The position numbers and the translations under genes were made by a program. The notes under the pieces were generated by a model. That model saw only the letters and a program-made list of their open reading frames with translations, made no database searches and was not told the DNA's origin. Positions 14,779 to 23,509 of a DNA stretch of 42,773 nucleotides are shown here, one piece after another (position 1 is the first letter of the stretch; each line of letters begins with the position of its first letter). Source of the stretch: Collinsella aerofaciens (GTDB taxonomy: Bacteria; Actinomycetota; Coriobacteriia; Coriobacteriales; Coriobacteriaceae). The DNA is taken from positions 1-42,773 of the forward strand of contig JAJWXI010000002.1 in NCBI GenBank assembly GCA_021641225.1. Reading direction: 5' to 3'.

Positions 14779-17604
14779 TTACCCCGTGTTCTGCAATCCT
14801 GCCGAGACGCCGGTCACAGTCGAAAGAATCAGGCTCATGTACTCGGCCTTCTTCTCCTCGGCCATCTCGTCTTGGTTCATACGCACCTCGCGAAGGGCGC
14901 GGACCTGGGCGATGGACAGGGCGTCGACGTAGGGGTTGCGCACGCGGACGGCGCAGCCGAGCACGCGGCGGCGCTGCAGCGGCCACTCGTCACCGACGAT
15001 GGCAAGGACCCACTTACGCGTGAGCTGCATCTCGGTGAAGACCTTCTCGGACAGATCCTGGCGGTCGCCCAGGTGCAGATACATCTTGGCGATGCGCTGG
15101 TCAGTCTTGGCGATCGACATCTCGATGTTGTCGATAAAGGTGCGGAAGAACGGCCACTCCTGGTAGGCAGCCTTAAGCTGGTCCAGATCGCCAAACTGCT
15201 CGCAGGCGGTACCCAGGCCGTACCAAGCGGCCAGATTGATGCGCGCCTGACTCCAGCTGAAGATCCACGGAATGGTACGCAGGTCGTCGAGCGACTTGGC
15301 GCCCAGGCCGCGCTTGGCGGGACGCGAGCCGATCGGCAGCAGACCGACCTCGGTCAGCGGCGTCACGGTCGAGAACCACGGTGTAAAGTCCTCGGTGTTC
15401 AGCAGGTCCAGATAGCGCTCGTGGCTTGCGGCGTTGAGCTTCTCGGCCATATCCCAGAACTTCTGCGTGGTCTCGGTGTTGGTCTTCTCGACGCTCGGGG
15501 CCGACTGCAAAAGCGTTGCGGCGGCAACGGACTCGACATGGCGCTGGGCCAGCGTGCGGTTACCGTAACGGGCAAAGATGACCTCGCCCTGCTCGGTGAG
15601 CTTAAAGAAGCAGTTGACCGAACCCTTGGGCTGCGCCAGCACGGCCTTGTTAGCCGGGCCGCCGCCACGGCCCACGGCACCGCCGCGACCGTGCATGAGC
15701 ACCAGGTCGATATCGTTCTTCTCGGCCCACTTGGCAATGCGCTCCTGCGCGGAGTGCAGCGCGAGCATGGCCGTGGTAGGACCGGCATCCTTGGAGGAGT
15801 CGGAATAGCCCAGCATGACCTCCATGCGGCGGTTGGTCTGGGCAAGGCGCTTTTGCACCACGGGCAGCGTAAGCATCTGGTCGAGCACGTCGACGCAGCC
15901 CTCGAGGTCCTCGAGCTGCTCGAACAGCGGAATCACGTCGAGCTCGGGGACATCCTCCTCGTGTGCAAAGGACAGGTGGGCAAGCTCAAAGACGTCGGCC
16001 ACATGCTGGGCGCTCTTGGTGAACGAGATGATGTAGCGGTGCGCCATCTTCTTGCCGTAACGCTTTTGGATGGAGCCGATAGCGCGGAAGGTATCGATGA
16101 CCTCGCGCGTCATGGGCTGCAGGTCGCCATGGATACCGTTCTCGTGGATATCCTTGAGGGCGCGGGCGTGCACCACGGAGTGCTGACGGAACTCCATCTC
16201 GACCATGTGGAAGCCGAAGGACTCGACCTGCCAGATGATGGTCTGGACCGGGCCGTAGGCAGCACGGACGGCACCGCAGGCGGCCAGCGAGCGCTGGACG
16301 ACACGCAGGTCCTCCAGGAACTCATCGGCGCTGTGGTACATGGTATCGGTGATACGGCGCACGGTGGCGTTCAGACGGTCGGCCATGACGAGCATGACGG
16401 CGCGATGCGGCTCGTGCTCGGAGATCAGCTCAGCACGTGCGGTGTACTGGGTGCTCATCTCGACCTGATGGTTCCACAGGTTGATGAGCTCGGCAGACGG
16501 CTTGCTGTAGGTGGCCTCGAGCGTGAGGTTGCGGCCGATGCGGCGGCATTTGTCCTCGAGCTTGAGCACCATGTGGGTGAAGTACTTGGCGGCGACCTCA
16601 CGGCTCACCTTGGCGGTGACGTTGGGGTTACCGTCGCGGTCGGAACCGATCCAGCTGCCGGGATGGAAAAACGCCGGGCACAGCGGCGGCACGGTACCGG
16701 CCTTGTCGCCCAGCACCCAGTCGTCAAAGCGACGATAGATAACGGGGATGACGTCGAACAGCGTGTTATCGAAGATGTCGATGATGGTATCGGCTTCCTC
16801 GACCGGCGTGGGCTTCTTGAGCGCGATGGGGCTCGTACGCACCAGGGCGTCAATCTCCTGCAGCATATGGCGCTCGTTCTCCACCAGGTCGGAGCCGCCC
16901 AGACGCGGACGCTCCTCCAGCAGGTTGGAGATACGGCGAATCTTGCCCTCGACGGCCTTGCGACGGGCCTCGGTGGGATGCGCGGTAAAGACGGGATGGA
17001 ACTCAAGCTTGCCGAGCAGCTCGTTGGCGCCCTCGACGCCCAGCTCATTCACCAGCTGGTGATAAGCGACGGTGAGCTCGTTGGCGGGATCGACCTCGGT
17101 ATCGGTCGACGCACCGGCCTCGCGCTCGCGCAGCTGCGCCACACGGTAGTTCTCCTCCGACAGGTTTGCCAGGTGGAAGAAGCTCGTAAAGGCGCGAACG
17201 ATGACCTGCTGCTTATCGAGCGGCAAGCTGTCGATCAGATCGACGACCTCACGGAATGCCACGGCGGTGGACTCGTCGGCGGTGGGCACGCCCTGCTCGT
17301 CGACGGCCTCGTCGGCAGCGCGGGTACCGGGGTTGCCGGCATTGGCCACAATCTCGGCCGACAGGATCTTGTCGAACAGGTCCGCGATCTCAGGATCATA
17401 CTCGCTAAGCACACGACGCTCCAGGCGCAGGAACAGCGCCAGATTGTCGCGCAGCTCCTCGGGGATCTCGATCTCGGCGAGACGCTCCCTGGACTCGGCA
17501 TTCGAGCCGATTCGGTTAACGAGGCGGTTGACCACGGCAGCGACGCGCGCCGCGGCTTCGGGTACAGACTGGTTGCTTAGGTTCTCAGCCACGTTTCCTC
17601 CCAT
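14779..17604 (-). CDS. ppc: Phosphoenolpyruvate carboxylase
   Basis: VFTAHPTE, GSWIGSDRDGNP, MLGYSDSSKDAG, HGRGGAVGRGGGP, LRTIPWIFSWSQ and C-terminal GLQNTG. Confidence 0.97.
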   Translation of the reverse strand: MGGNVAENLSNQSVPEAAARVAAVVNRLVNRIGSNAESRERLAEIEIPEELRDNLALFLRLERRVLSEYDPEIADLFDKILSAEIVANAGNPGTRAADEAVDEQGVPTADESTAVAFREVVDLIDSLPLDKQQVIVRAFTSFFHLANLSEENYRVAQLREREAGASTDTEVDPANELTVAYHQLVNELGVEGANELLGKLEFHPVFTAHPTEARRKAVEGKIRRISNLLEERPRLGGSDLVENERHMLQEIDALVRTSPIALKKPTPVEEADTIIDIFDNTLFDVIPVIYRRFDDWVLGDKAGTVPPLCPAFFHPGSWIGSDRDGNPNVTAKVSREVAAKYFTHMVLKLEDKCRRIGRNLTLEATYSKPSAELINLWNHQVEMSTQYTARAELISEHEPHRAVMLVMADRLNATVRRITDTMYHSADEFLEDLRVVQRSLAACGAVRAAYGPVQTIIWQVESFGFHMVEMEFRQHSVVHARALKDIHENGIHGDLQPMTREVIDTFRAIGSIQKRYGKKMAHRYIISFTKSAQHVADVFELAHLSFAHEEDVPELDVIPLFEQLEDLEGCVDVLDQMLTLPVVQKRLAQTNRRMEVMLGYSDSSKDAGPTTAMLALHSAQERIAKWAEKNDIDLVLMHGRGGAVGRGGGPANKAVLAQPKGSVNCFFKLTEQGEVIFARYGNRTLAQRHVESVAAATLLQSAPSVEKTNTETTQKFWDMAEKLNAASHERYLDLLNTEDFTPWFSTVTPLTEVGLLPIGSRPAKRGLGAKSLDDLRTIPWIFSWSQARINLAAWYGLGTACEQFGDLDQLKAAYQEWPFFRTFIDNIEMSIAKTDQRIAKMYLHLGDRQDLSEKVFTEMQLTRKWVLAIVGDEWPLQRRRVLGCAVRVRNPYVDALSIAQVRALREVRMNQDEMAEEKKAEYMSLILSTVTGVSAGLQNTG

Positions 17605-17752
17605 TCCTCCTTCTATGCACGTAACATGCGGTATTCATTATAGGCGCTTGAGAAATACTTTCGACACTGATTGCGCTTTACCACACAAAAGTATTTTCTG
17701 TATTGCAAGGGTTTTTGCTCTAAATGGTCGTATTTCTCGGTGGACGGCATAC

Positions 17753-17792
17753 ACAAACGGGGGCATTCCGCATAAATGCGAAACACCCCCGT
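17753..17792 (-). terminator. Intrinsic terminator after hisS
   Basis: Minus-strand stem ACGGGGGTGTTTCGCA-TTTA-TGCGGAATGCCCCCGT with G-U pairs, followed by TTGT. Confidence 0.55.
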
Positions 17793-17849
17793 AACAATCG
17801 CTCGCAATGGACGAGACACTCAAGCGGGTCCGCAGCTCAAAAAGATGCG

Positions 17850-19163
17850 CTACAGGCGCTCGCGAACCGCCTCGACGACGTTGGCCAGATCGGCAAGGAC
17901 CTCTTCATGGCTCTCCATGTCGCGCACCTTGACCTTGCCGGCGGCAAGCTCGTCGCCGCCCAAGACCAGGATGAGCTTGGCACCCACCTTATCGGCCTGC
18001 TTAAACTGGGCCTTGAGCGAACGGCCCTGATAGTCGGCCTCGGTCACGATGCCTGCGGCGCGAAGCTCCTGCGTAATGGCAAAGACGTTCTGGCGCAGCT
18101 CCTTGCCGGCGTTGGCGACATAGACGCACGGGGCCTCCTCGGCACCCAAGTCGTTACCAAAGGCCTGAAGGGCCAGCAGGGCGCGCTCAAAACCGACAGC
18201 AAAGCCGACACCTGCCGTGGGCTTGCCGCCCTCGAGCTCGACCAAGCCGTCATAGCGACCGCCGCCACCAATGGAACCGACGCCGGCGCCGGGAGCCTCG
18301 ACCTCAAAGACGGTACGGGTGTAGTAGTCCAGGCCACGCACCAGTGTGGGATCCTCGACATACTCGATACCGGCGGCATCCAGATAGCGCTTGACCTGCT
18401 CGTAGTGCTCGCGGCACTCGTCGCACAGGTTGTCACCCATCAGCGGGGCGTCGGCCATGATCTCGCGGCAGTGGTCGTTCTTGCAGTCGAAGGCGCGCAG
18501 CGGGTTGAGCTCGGCGCGCTCGCGGCACTCGTCGCACATCTCGTCGGCGTGATCGAGGATAAACTGCTTGACCTGCTCGCGGTAAGCCGGACGGCACTGG
18601 GCGTCACCCATCGAGTTGATGAGCAGACGGAGCTTGGAAAGGTCGAAGCCCAAGCGCTTGTAGAACTCCATGAGCATGATGATGCACTCGGCGTCTGCCG
18701 CCGGATCGGGAGCGCCGAGCCACTCGATGCCCACCTGATGGAACTGGCGCAGGCGGCCCTTCTGGGGACGCTCGCCGCGGAACATGGCCTCGGCGTAGTA
18801 CGCCTTAAACGGCGTGGAGCCCTGAGGCACCAGGTTGTTCTCCACGACGGCGCGCACCACACCGGCCGTGCCCTCGGGACGAAGCGCCAGACGCTGCTTG
18901 GGCTTGAGCTTGGTGTCGGTGCCCTCGGCAAAGACGCGCTCCAGGTTGGCGCCGCTAAAGACGCGGAACATCTCCTTGCGCACGACGTCGGTCGACTGGC
19001 CGATGCCGTGGACAAAGACGTCCACCTGCTCGATCGCGGGCGTCTCGATGGGCTTAAAGCCAAACGGCTCGAATACGCCGGCAGCAATCTGCTGCATCTT
19101 TTGCCAGGCGCGCATCTCGGCGCCGATAAGGTCGCGGGTTCCCTCCGCCTTCTGTGCCTGCAT
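17850..19163 (-). CDS. hisS: Histidine--tRNA ligase
   Basis: GTRD, LRPEGTAGVVR, FRGERPQKGRLRQFHQVGIE, LVRGLDYY, GGGRYDGL and GFAVGFER. ATG at 19163, with an alternative TTG at 19169. Confidence 0.97.
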   Translation of the reverse strand: MQAQKAEGTRDLIGAEMRAWQKMQQIAAGVFEPFGFKPIETPAIEQVDVFVHGIGQSTDVVRKEMFRVFSGANLERVFAEGTDTKLKPKQRLALRPEGTAGVVRAVVENNLVPQGSTPFKAYYAEAMFRGERPQKGRLRQFHQVGIEWLGAPDPAADAECIIMLMEFYKRLGFDLSKLRLLINSMGDAQCRPAYREQVKQFILDHADEMCDECRERAELNPLRAFDCKNDHCREIMADAPLMGDNLCDECREHYEQVKRYLDAAGIEYVEDPTLVRGLDYYTRTVFEVEAPGAGVGSIGGGGRYDGLVELEGGKPTAGVGFAVGFERALLALQAFGNDLGAEEAPCVYVANAGKELRQNVFAITQELRAAGIVTEADYQGRSLKAQFKQADKVGAKLILVLGGDELAAGKVKVRDMESHEEVLADLANVVEAVRERL

Positions 19164-19228
19164 GGGCAAACACCTTTCTTTTGTATCGCGTCATAGGTAG
19201 TGGACATTATACGGCACAAAGCAGCAAC

Positions 19229-19431
19229 GCGGCGGCATGTCTGACCGAACGAGGGTATGGGGACTCGTTCGGCCAGACGCGCCGCCGCGGTTTGTGATCC
19301 CTTTTCCTCCGTCCCCTTCGGATCACGTGATCCCTTGGGGACGGAGGAAAAGGGATCATTTCGTAGACCCGTGGCTGCCCTGGAAACCGAATGACGGTAC
19401 GAGCATCCATTCGGCTTCCAAGGCAGCCACG
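19229..19431. repeat. Array of three unrelated hairpins of about 60 bp
   Basis: Stems at 19229-19288 (25 bp, 3 mismatches), 19295-19358 (22 bp perfect, with inner 14-bp palindrome GGATCACGTGATCC) and 19370-19431 (24 bp, 2 mismatches). Confidence 0.85.
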
Positions 19432-19466
19432 AGCAGAACAGACAAACAGGAATAGGCAGCGACCCG

Positions 19467-20771
19467 CTACTCCCCCGCCACGCTTGCGCGCAGCTTGGCG
19501 GCGATGGGCTCCGAGGCCAGCAGGAATACGAGCATGACCACAGAACACACCAGGCACACGATCCAGGTGCTCGCAAAGGAGCCCGTGGCATCGAACAGCA
19601 CGCCCGAGACAATGGCGCCCACGGTGCCGCCGACCATCTCGAGCGAGGTGATGGTGCCCGTGACCTTGCCGAGGTCGGCCATGCCAAACTGCTTGGACGC
19701 GGCGATGGTAGGCGTGATGGTGCCCATGCACGTTCCGATACCAAAGCTCACAGCGGCGACAATAGGACCGAGGTCCGTCGTCGGGAAGCACAGCGCCACG
19801 CAGGCGATAATGCACGCAACGGAGCCAAGGATATTGCCAAAGCGCAGGCCAAAGCGGTCATAGATCGCACCGAGCGAAATCTTGGCAATAACGACGGTGA
19901 CCATGTAGACCGAAAGCACAGTACCCGCCCACATGGGATCGTGGCCGCCCGTGACGATCTTGGCGCCGTTGACGGTAACACTCGTCATGTTGGTAACCTG
20001 GTTGGGCAGGATGGCGCCATTGACCAAGCCCATAAAGAGGAAGGCGACGACGAGCAGCCAAAATGCCGGGCTCTTCTTGATACGAGACCAGCCGACGCTA
20101 ACCTCGGGGGCTGCCTTCTCGTTCTTATCACCCGTGGCAGAAGCAGACGGGTCGCCTGGGTTCTCGCCGAGCGGCTTAAGACCGATCTCGGAAGGCTTGG
20201 TGCGGAAGGAATAGGCCGTGATGGGCAGCGCCGCCACCATGCAGATAGCCGCGAGCACCAGGAAGGCGGAACGCCAGCCAACGCTCACGATGAGCGAGCT
20301 CACGATGGGAGACAGAATAGCGCCGCCAAAGCCCGAGCCCGAAAGCGCGATGGAGATGGCAAGGCCTCGCTTGGCCGTAAACCAGTTGGCGGTCACTAGG
20401 CTGATGAGCAGGCGGGTCGAGGCCACGGCGAAGCAGCCCGAGACGGCAAAGAGCACGTAGACCTGCCAAAGCTCGCCCACAAAGCTCATGCCGACAAGCA
20501 CGGCAGAGGTGGCGATAACGGTGAGGGAGCCCAAAACGCGGCCGCTCACCTTATCGGCGACATGGCCGATCACAAGCGAACCCACAACGCTCACCACGGT
20601 GGAGATGGCATTGGAAATGTTGTACTGCGCAAGTGAAATGCCCAGATCGCTGACGATCAGCGGCTGAAACAGGCTCATGCAGTTGACGAAAATCGTGTAG
20701 CACGTGGCCATGATCACAAAGCCAGAGGCCACCACGAGCCAGCCGGGGAAGAACTTACGCTGCTGGGGCAT
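19467..20771 (-). CDS. MFS transporter
   Basis: About 12 hydrophobic helices, motif-A-like GHVADKVSGR and GAIYDRFGLR, and NWFTAKRGLAISIALSGSGFGG. Confidence 0.9.
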   Translation of the reverse strand: MPQQRKFFPGWLVVASGFVIMATCYTIFVNCMSLFQPLIVSDLGISLAQYNISNAISTVVSVVGSLVIGHVADKVSGRVLGSLTVIATSAVLVGMSFVGELWQVYVLFAVSGCFAVASTRLLISLVTANWFTAKRGLAISIALSGSGFGGAILSPIVSSLIVSVGWRSAFLVLAAICMVAALPITAYSFRTKPSEIGLKPLGENPGDPSASATGDKNEKAAPEVSVGWSRIKKSPAFWLLVVAFLFMGLVNGAILPNQVTNMTSVTVNGAKIVTGGHDPMWAGTVLSVYMVTVVIAKISLGAIYDRFGLRFGNILGSVACIIACVALCFPTTDLGPIVAAVSFGIGTCMGTITPTIAASKQFGMADLGKVTGTITSLEMVGGTVGAIVSGVLFDATGSFASTWIVCLVCSVVMLVFLLASEPIAAKLRASVAGE

Positions 20772-20774
20772 TGG

Positions 20775-22076
20775 TTACTCCTTGTGGTCGGCGATATAGC
20801 CCAAAGCGACGGCGGTATAAGCCGCGGCGCCGAGCGGCAACTCGGCATCGCTAAAGCGTGCCTTGGGATGGTGCTGGGCAAAGTGCTCGTCCGTATCGGT
20901 CACGGCCGAGCCCACGGTAAAGTACGCACTCGGAATCTCGCTCGAGATAAGCGCGAAGTCCTCGCTCGCCATGGCGTGGAATAGCGGCAGGAAGGCAGCC
21001 TTGGGCAGCACCGCGCCCACATAGCCAAGCGAGGCCTGGGTCATATCGCTGTCGAGCACGAGCGGCGGAACGTCCGAAAGCGTCTCGATGGTTGCCGGCG
21101 TACGATATGTTGCGGCAACGCCGTTGACGACCTCCGCGATGCGGGTCTTTAGGTGGGCCATGAGCTCAACATCAAAGCCGCGCAGCGTTCCCTCGAGCAC
21201 GCAGGTGTCGGGAATGACGTTGGCCGCCAGGCCGCCGGCGAACTTACCCACGGTAAGTGCGACTTCCTTGGCCGCCGGCACCTCGCGGGAGATGAGCTCC
21301 TGAAGCGCCAGATGCACATGCACGCCCGCCGTAATGGGGTCGATGCAAATCTCGGGGCTCGAGCCATGGCCACCCTTGCCCTGAAGCGTGATGCGAAAAC
21401 CGTACACGCCCGAGAGCGCCGGGCTGCCGTAGAGCACCAGGCCAAGCGGCGACTGGCTATTGACATGCATGGCAAAGGCGGCCTGGGGACGCGGGTTCTG
21501 CAGCAGGCCATCGGCGATAGCGGCACGAGCCCCCTCAAAGGTTTCCTCGCCCGGCTGGAACAGCAACTTCACCGTGGCGTCGGCCTCCACAAGCTCGGCC
21601 TCGCGGGCCTTGAGCAGGCGCGCTGCACCAAGCAGCGCCGTCGCGTGCATATCGTGACCGCAAGCATGCATGCAGCCATTGGTGGATGCAAAGGGCTCGC
21701 CGGATTCCTCGGCAACGGGCAAGGCATCCATGTCGCCACGGAGCATGATAACCGTACCGGCCTGCTTGTCCGTGCACGTACCGTTACCCCGAGCAGCAGC
21801 TGCCGCGCCGGCACCGATAAGGCCAACGACACAGGAACCATCGACGAGCGTAGCAAATGGGATATCCATCTCGGTCAGGCGCGCTTGGATATACGCAGAG
21901 GTCTGCGGGAGGCTATTACCCAGCTCGGGCGTCTGATGGAGATCGTGGCGCCATGCGGCAAGCTCACCGGCAAATGCCTGGGCTTCTTTGACCAGGCATT
22001 TGCCGATAGCGGTCTGCGCCGCTGTGGTAGTCTGAGGCGCTGGTTGCGGTTGAAGATCGGACAGAGCTGATGCCAT
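20775..22076 (-). CDS. M20 family (M20D-like) amidohydrolase
   Basis: RHDLHQTPELG, LRGDMDAL, MHACGHDMH, FQPGEE, GKGGHGS, SEDF and HHP. The start is moved to ATG 22076 (GGAGG RBS). Confidence 0.92.
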   Translation of the reverse strand: MASALSDLQPQPAPQTTTAAQTAIGKCLVKEAQAFAGELAAWRHDLHQTPELGNSLPQTSAYIQARLTEMDIPFATLVDGSCVVGLIGAGAAAAARGNGTCTDKQAGTVIMLRGDMDALPVAEESGEPFASTNGCMHACGHDMHATALLGAARLLKAREAELVEADATVKLLFQPGEETFEGARAAIADGLLQNPRPQAAFAMHVNSQSPLGLVLYGSPALSGVYGFRITLQGKGGHGSSPEICIDPITAGVHVHLALQELISREVPAAKEVALTVGKFAGGLAANVIPDTCVLEGTLRGFDVELMAHLKTRIAEVVNGVAATYRTPATIETLSDVPPLVLDSDMTQASLGYVGAVLPKAAFLPLFHAMASEDFALISSEIPSAYFTVGSAVTDTDEHFAQHHPKARFSDAELPLGAAAYTAVALGYIADHKE

Positions 22077-22154
22077 AGATGCCCTCCAGTAACGTTTTTG
22101 CAGCACGCACTTTGATAGCGTAAAGTGCAAGGCACAACTGTAAGGGCTTAACAT

Positions 22155-22181
22155 AAAAAATGCCGCCCCGGGAGGGCGGCG
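22155..22181 (-). terminator. Intrinsic terminator after the DMT gene
   Basis: GCCGCCC-CGGGA-GGGCGGC stem followed by T6 on the minus strand. Confidence 0.6.
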
Positions 22182-22192
22182 CAACAAGTTGT

Positions 22193-23176
22193 TTACAATT
22201 GCGGGCGAGATTTTCTGCGCAAGAAATCGAAATGCGTCTCGCTCAAGATAATCGACAGGAAGATGAGCACAAAGCCGGCAAGCAGGCGCGGGGTGAGCGC
22301 CTCCCCCATCAGCAGCACCGAAAACAACACGCCCGAAGGGGACTCCATCGATAGGAGCAATGAGCCTGTCGAGGCCGGGACGTGCGCCAAGCCGACGTTT
22401 TGGATGAGCAGCGCCACGCACGTGCAGCCCACCGAGAGAAAGGCCATCACGCCGATAAAGCTCGGCGTCCACACGGACGCGGGCGCTTGGGTCTCGAATA
22501 GCAGCGACGTTGCTAAGCTCAAGACGCCATTGCCCACAAACATCCAAAACGTGATGACGTTGATATCCATCTTGCGACCGTACTTGGCGGTCACCGCCAT
22601 CTGGATGGCAAAGAAGACCGCGCCGCCCAGCGTAATGGCATCGCCGGCGTTGAACTCGACGCTATCGAGTGCCACCAGGCCAATGCCCGCCAGGCACAGC
22701 AATGCGGCGCCCAAGTTGTAACGGGTAAGCCTTTCTCCGCTCAGGACATAGCTCGCAAACGGCACGAGGATGCAGTAGGTACCCGTCAAAAACGCGCTCT
22801 TGCCTGCCGTGGTCTGTGCCAGGCCAATCGTCTGCAAACCGTACGCGCCAAACATAAGTGCGCCCATACCAAGCCCGACGATAAGGTTACGAGCATTAAA
22901 GTGCGCGATGATGCGTTTGTGGAAGATGGCGAACATAACCAGCGAAGCCGGAAGGAAACGAACGTAGATCAGCGCGAACGCCGGAATGGTGTCGAGCGCA
23001 TCTTTCATGGTGGTAAAGGAATAGCCCCAGATGACCGCCACCGAAAGCAGCAAGAACTTCCAGAAGAACGGAGAACGCGCGCCGGCGCCGCGGGAGGTGC
23101 CGCCGGCACCCAGGTCTTCGCGCGCTACAGGGCTATCGGGCATGTTTTCGATTTCATCAACGGCATTCTGGGCCAT
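22193..23176 (-). CDS. DMT/EamA-family transporter
   Basis: Ten TM segments in two EamA repeats (IWGYSF...RF...LQTIGLAQTTAGKSAFLT; SLLLSMESPSGVLFSVLLMGE). Confidence 0.92.
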   Translation of the reverse strand: MAQNAVDEIENMPDSPVAREDLGAGGTSRGAGARSPFFWKFLLLSVAVIWGYSFTTMKDALDTIPAFALIYVRFLPASLVMFAIFHKRIIAHFNARNLIVGLGMGALMFGAYGLQTIGLAQTTAGKSAFLTGTYCILVPFASYVLSGERLTRYNLGAALLCLAGIGLVALDSVEFNAGDAITLGGAVFFAIQMAVTAKYGRKMDINVITFWMFVGNGVLSLATSLLFETQAPASVWTPSFIGVMAFLSVGCTCVALLIQNVGLAHVPASTGSLLLSMESPSGVLFSVLLMGEALTPRLLAGFVLIFLSIILSETHFDFLRRKSRPQL

Positions 23177-23243
23177 AGGGCATCCTCGCGCTCAGTCTGG
23201 GCGTGGTGTCCGCACGCGCATGGCCGCGTGCCGCCTCATGGTC

Positions 23244-23280
23244 AAATAAAAACAGGGCACACCGGACCCCCGGCACGCCC
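23244..23280 (-). terminator. Intrinsic terminator or attenuator between the pip genes and DMT
   Basis: Minus-strand GGGCGTGCCGG-GGGT-CCGGTGTGCCC (three G-U pairs) followed by TGTTTTTATTT. Confidence 0.6.
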
Positions 23281-23357
23281 CGTTACTGTAGCAACAACCA
23301 GCGCTGCATCGCAATCCAGCCCACTAAAGTACCGACTTGAATAACCTCGATGTTCCG

Positions 23358-23479
23358 TCAACGTCAGCGAAAACGGCCCCAAGCGAGCAAGGTGACGTGA
23401 AATGAAAGGGCGCTGACCTTCTGGTCGCGCCCTTGAAATTGAACGTCAGATTGCCGCTTGGGGTCGTTTGCAGCGTCGA
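23358..23479. repeat. Interrupted hairpin C of about 122 bp
   Basis: Nested stems AAACGGCCCCAAGCG/CGCTTGGGGTCGTTT, GCAA/TTGC, TGACGT/ACGTCA, AAGGGCGC/GCGCCCTT and GACC/GGTC, separated by GA-rich internal loops. Confidence 0.75.
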
Positions 23480-23509
23480 GCAGTTACGCGGTTTGGTAAA
23501 ACCGCGCAA

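Noticed and set aside
17762..17772. GCATTCCGCA, the same 10-mer as the core of elements A and B
   Set aside because: It lacks the GAGGACG partner and the rest of the skeleton, and is explained as one arm of the hisS terminator.
23180..23330. Riboswitch (for example guanidine class) in the DMT leader
   Set aside because: Only a terminator-like hairpin is evident, and I could not match any known aptamer consensus.
23340..23500. 6S RNA assignment for hairpin C
   Set aside because: It is shorter than typical 6S and has no large central bubble or evident promoter. It is left as an unassigned structure pending cmscan.
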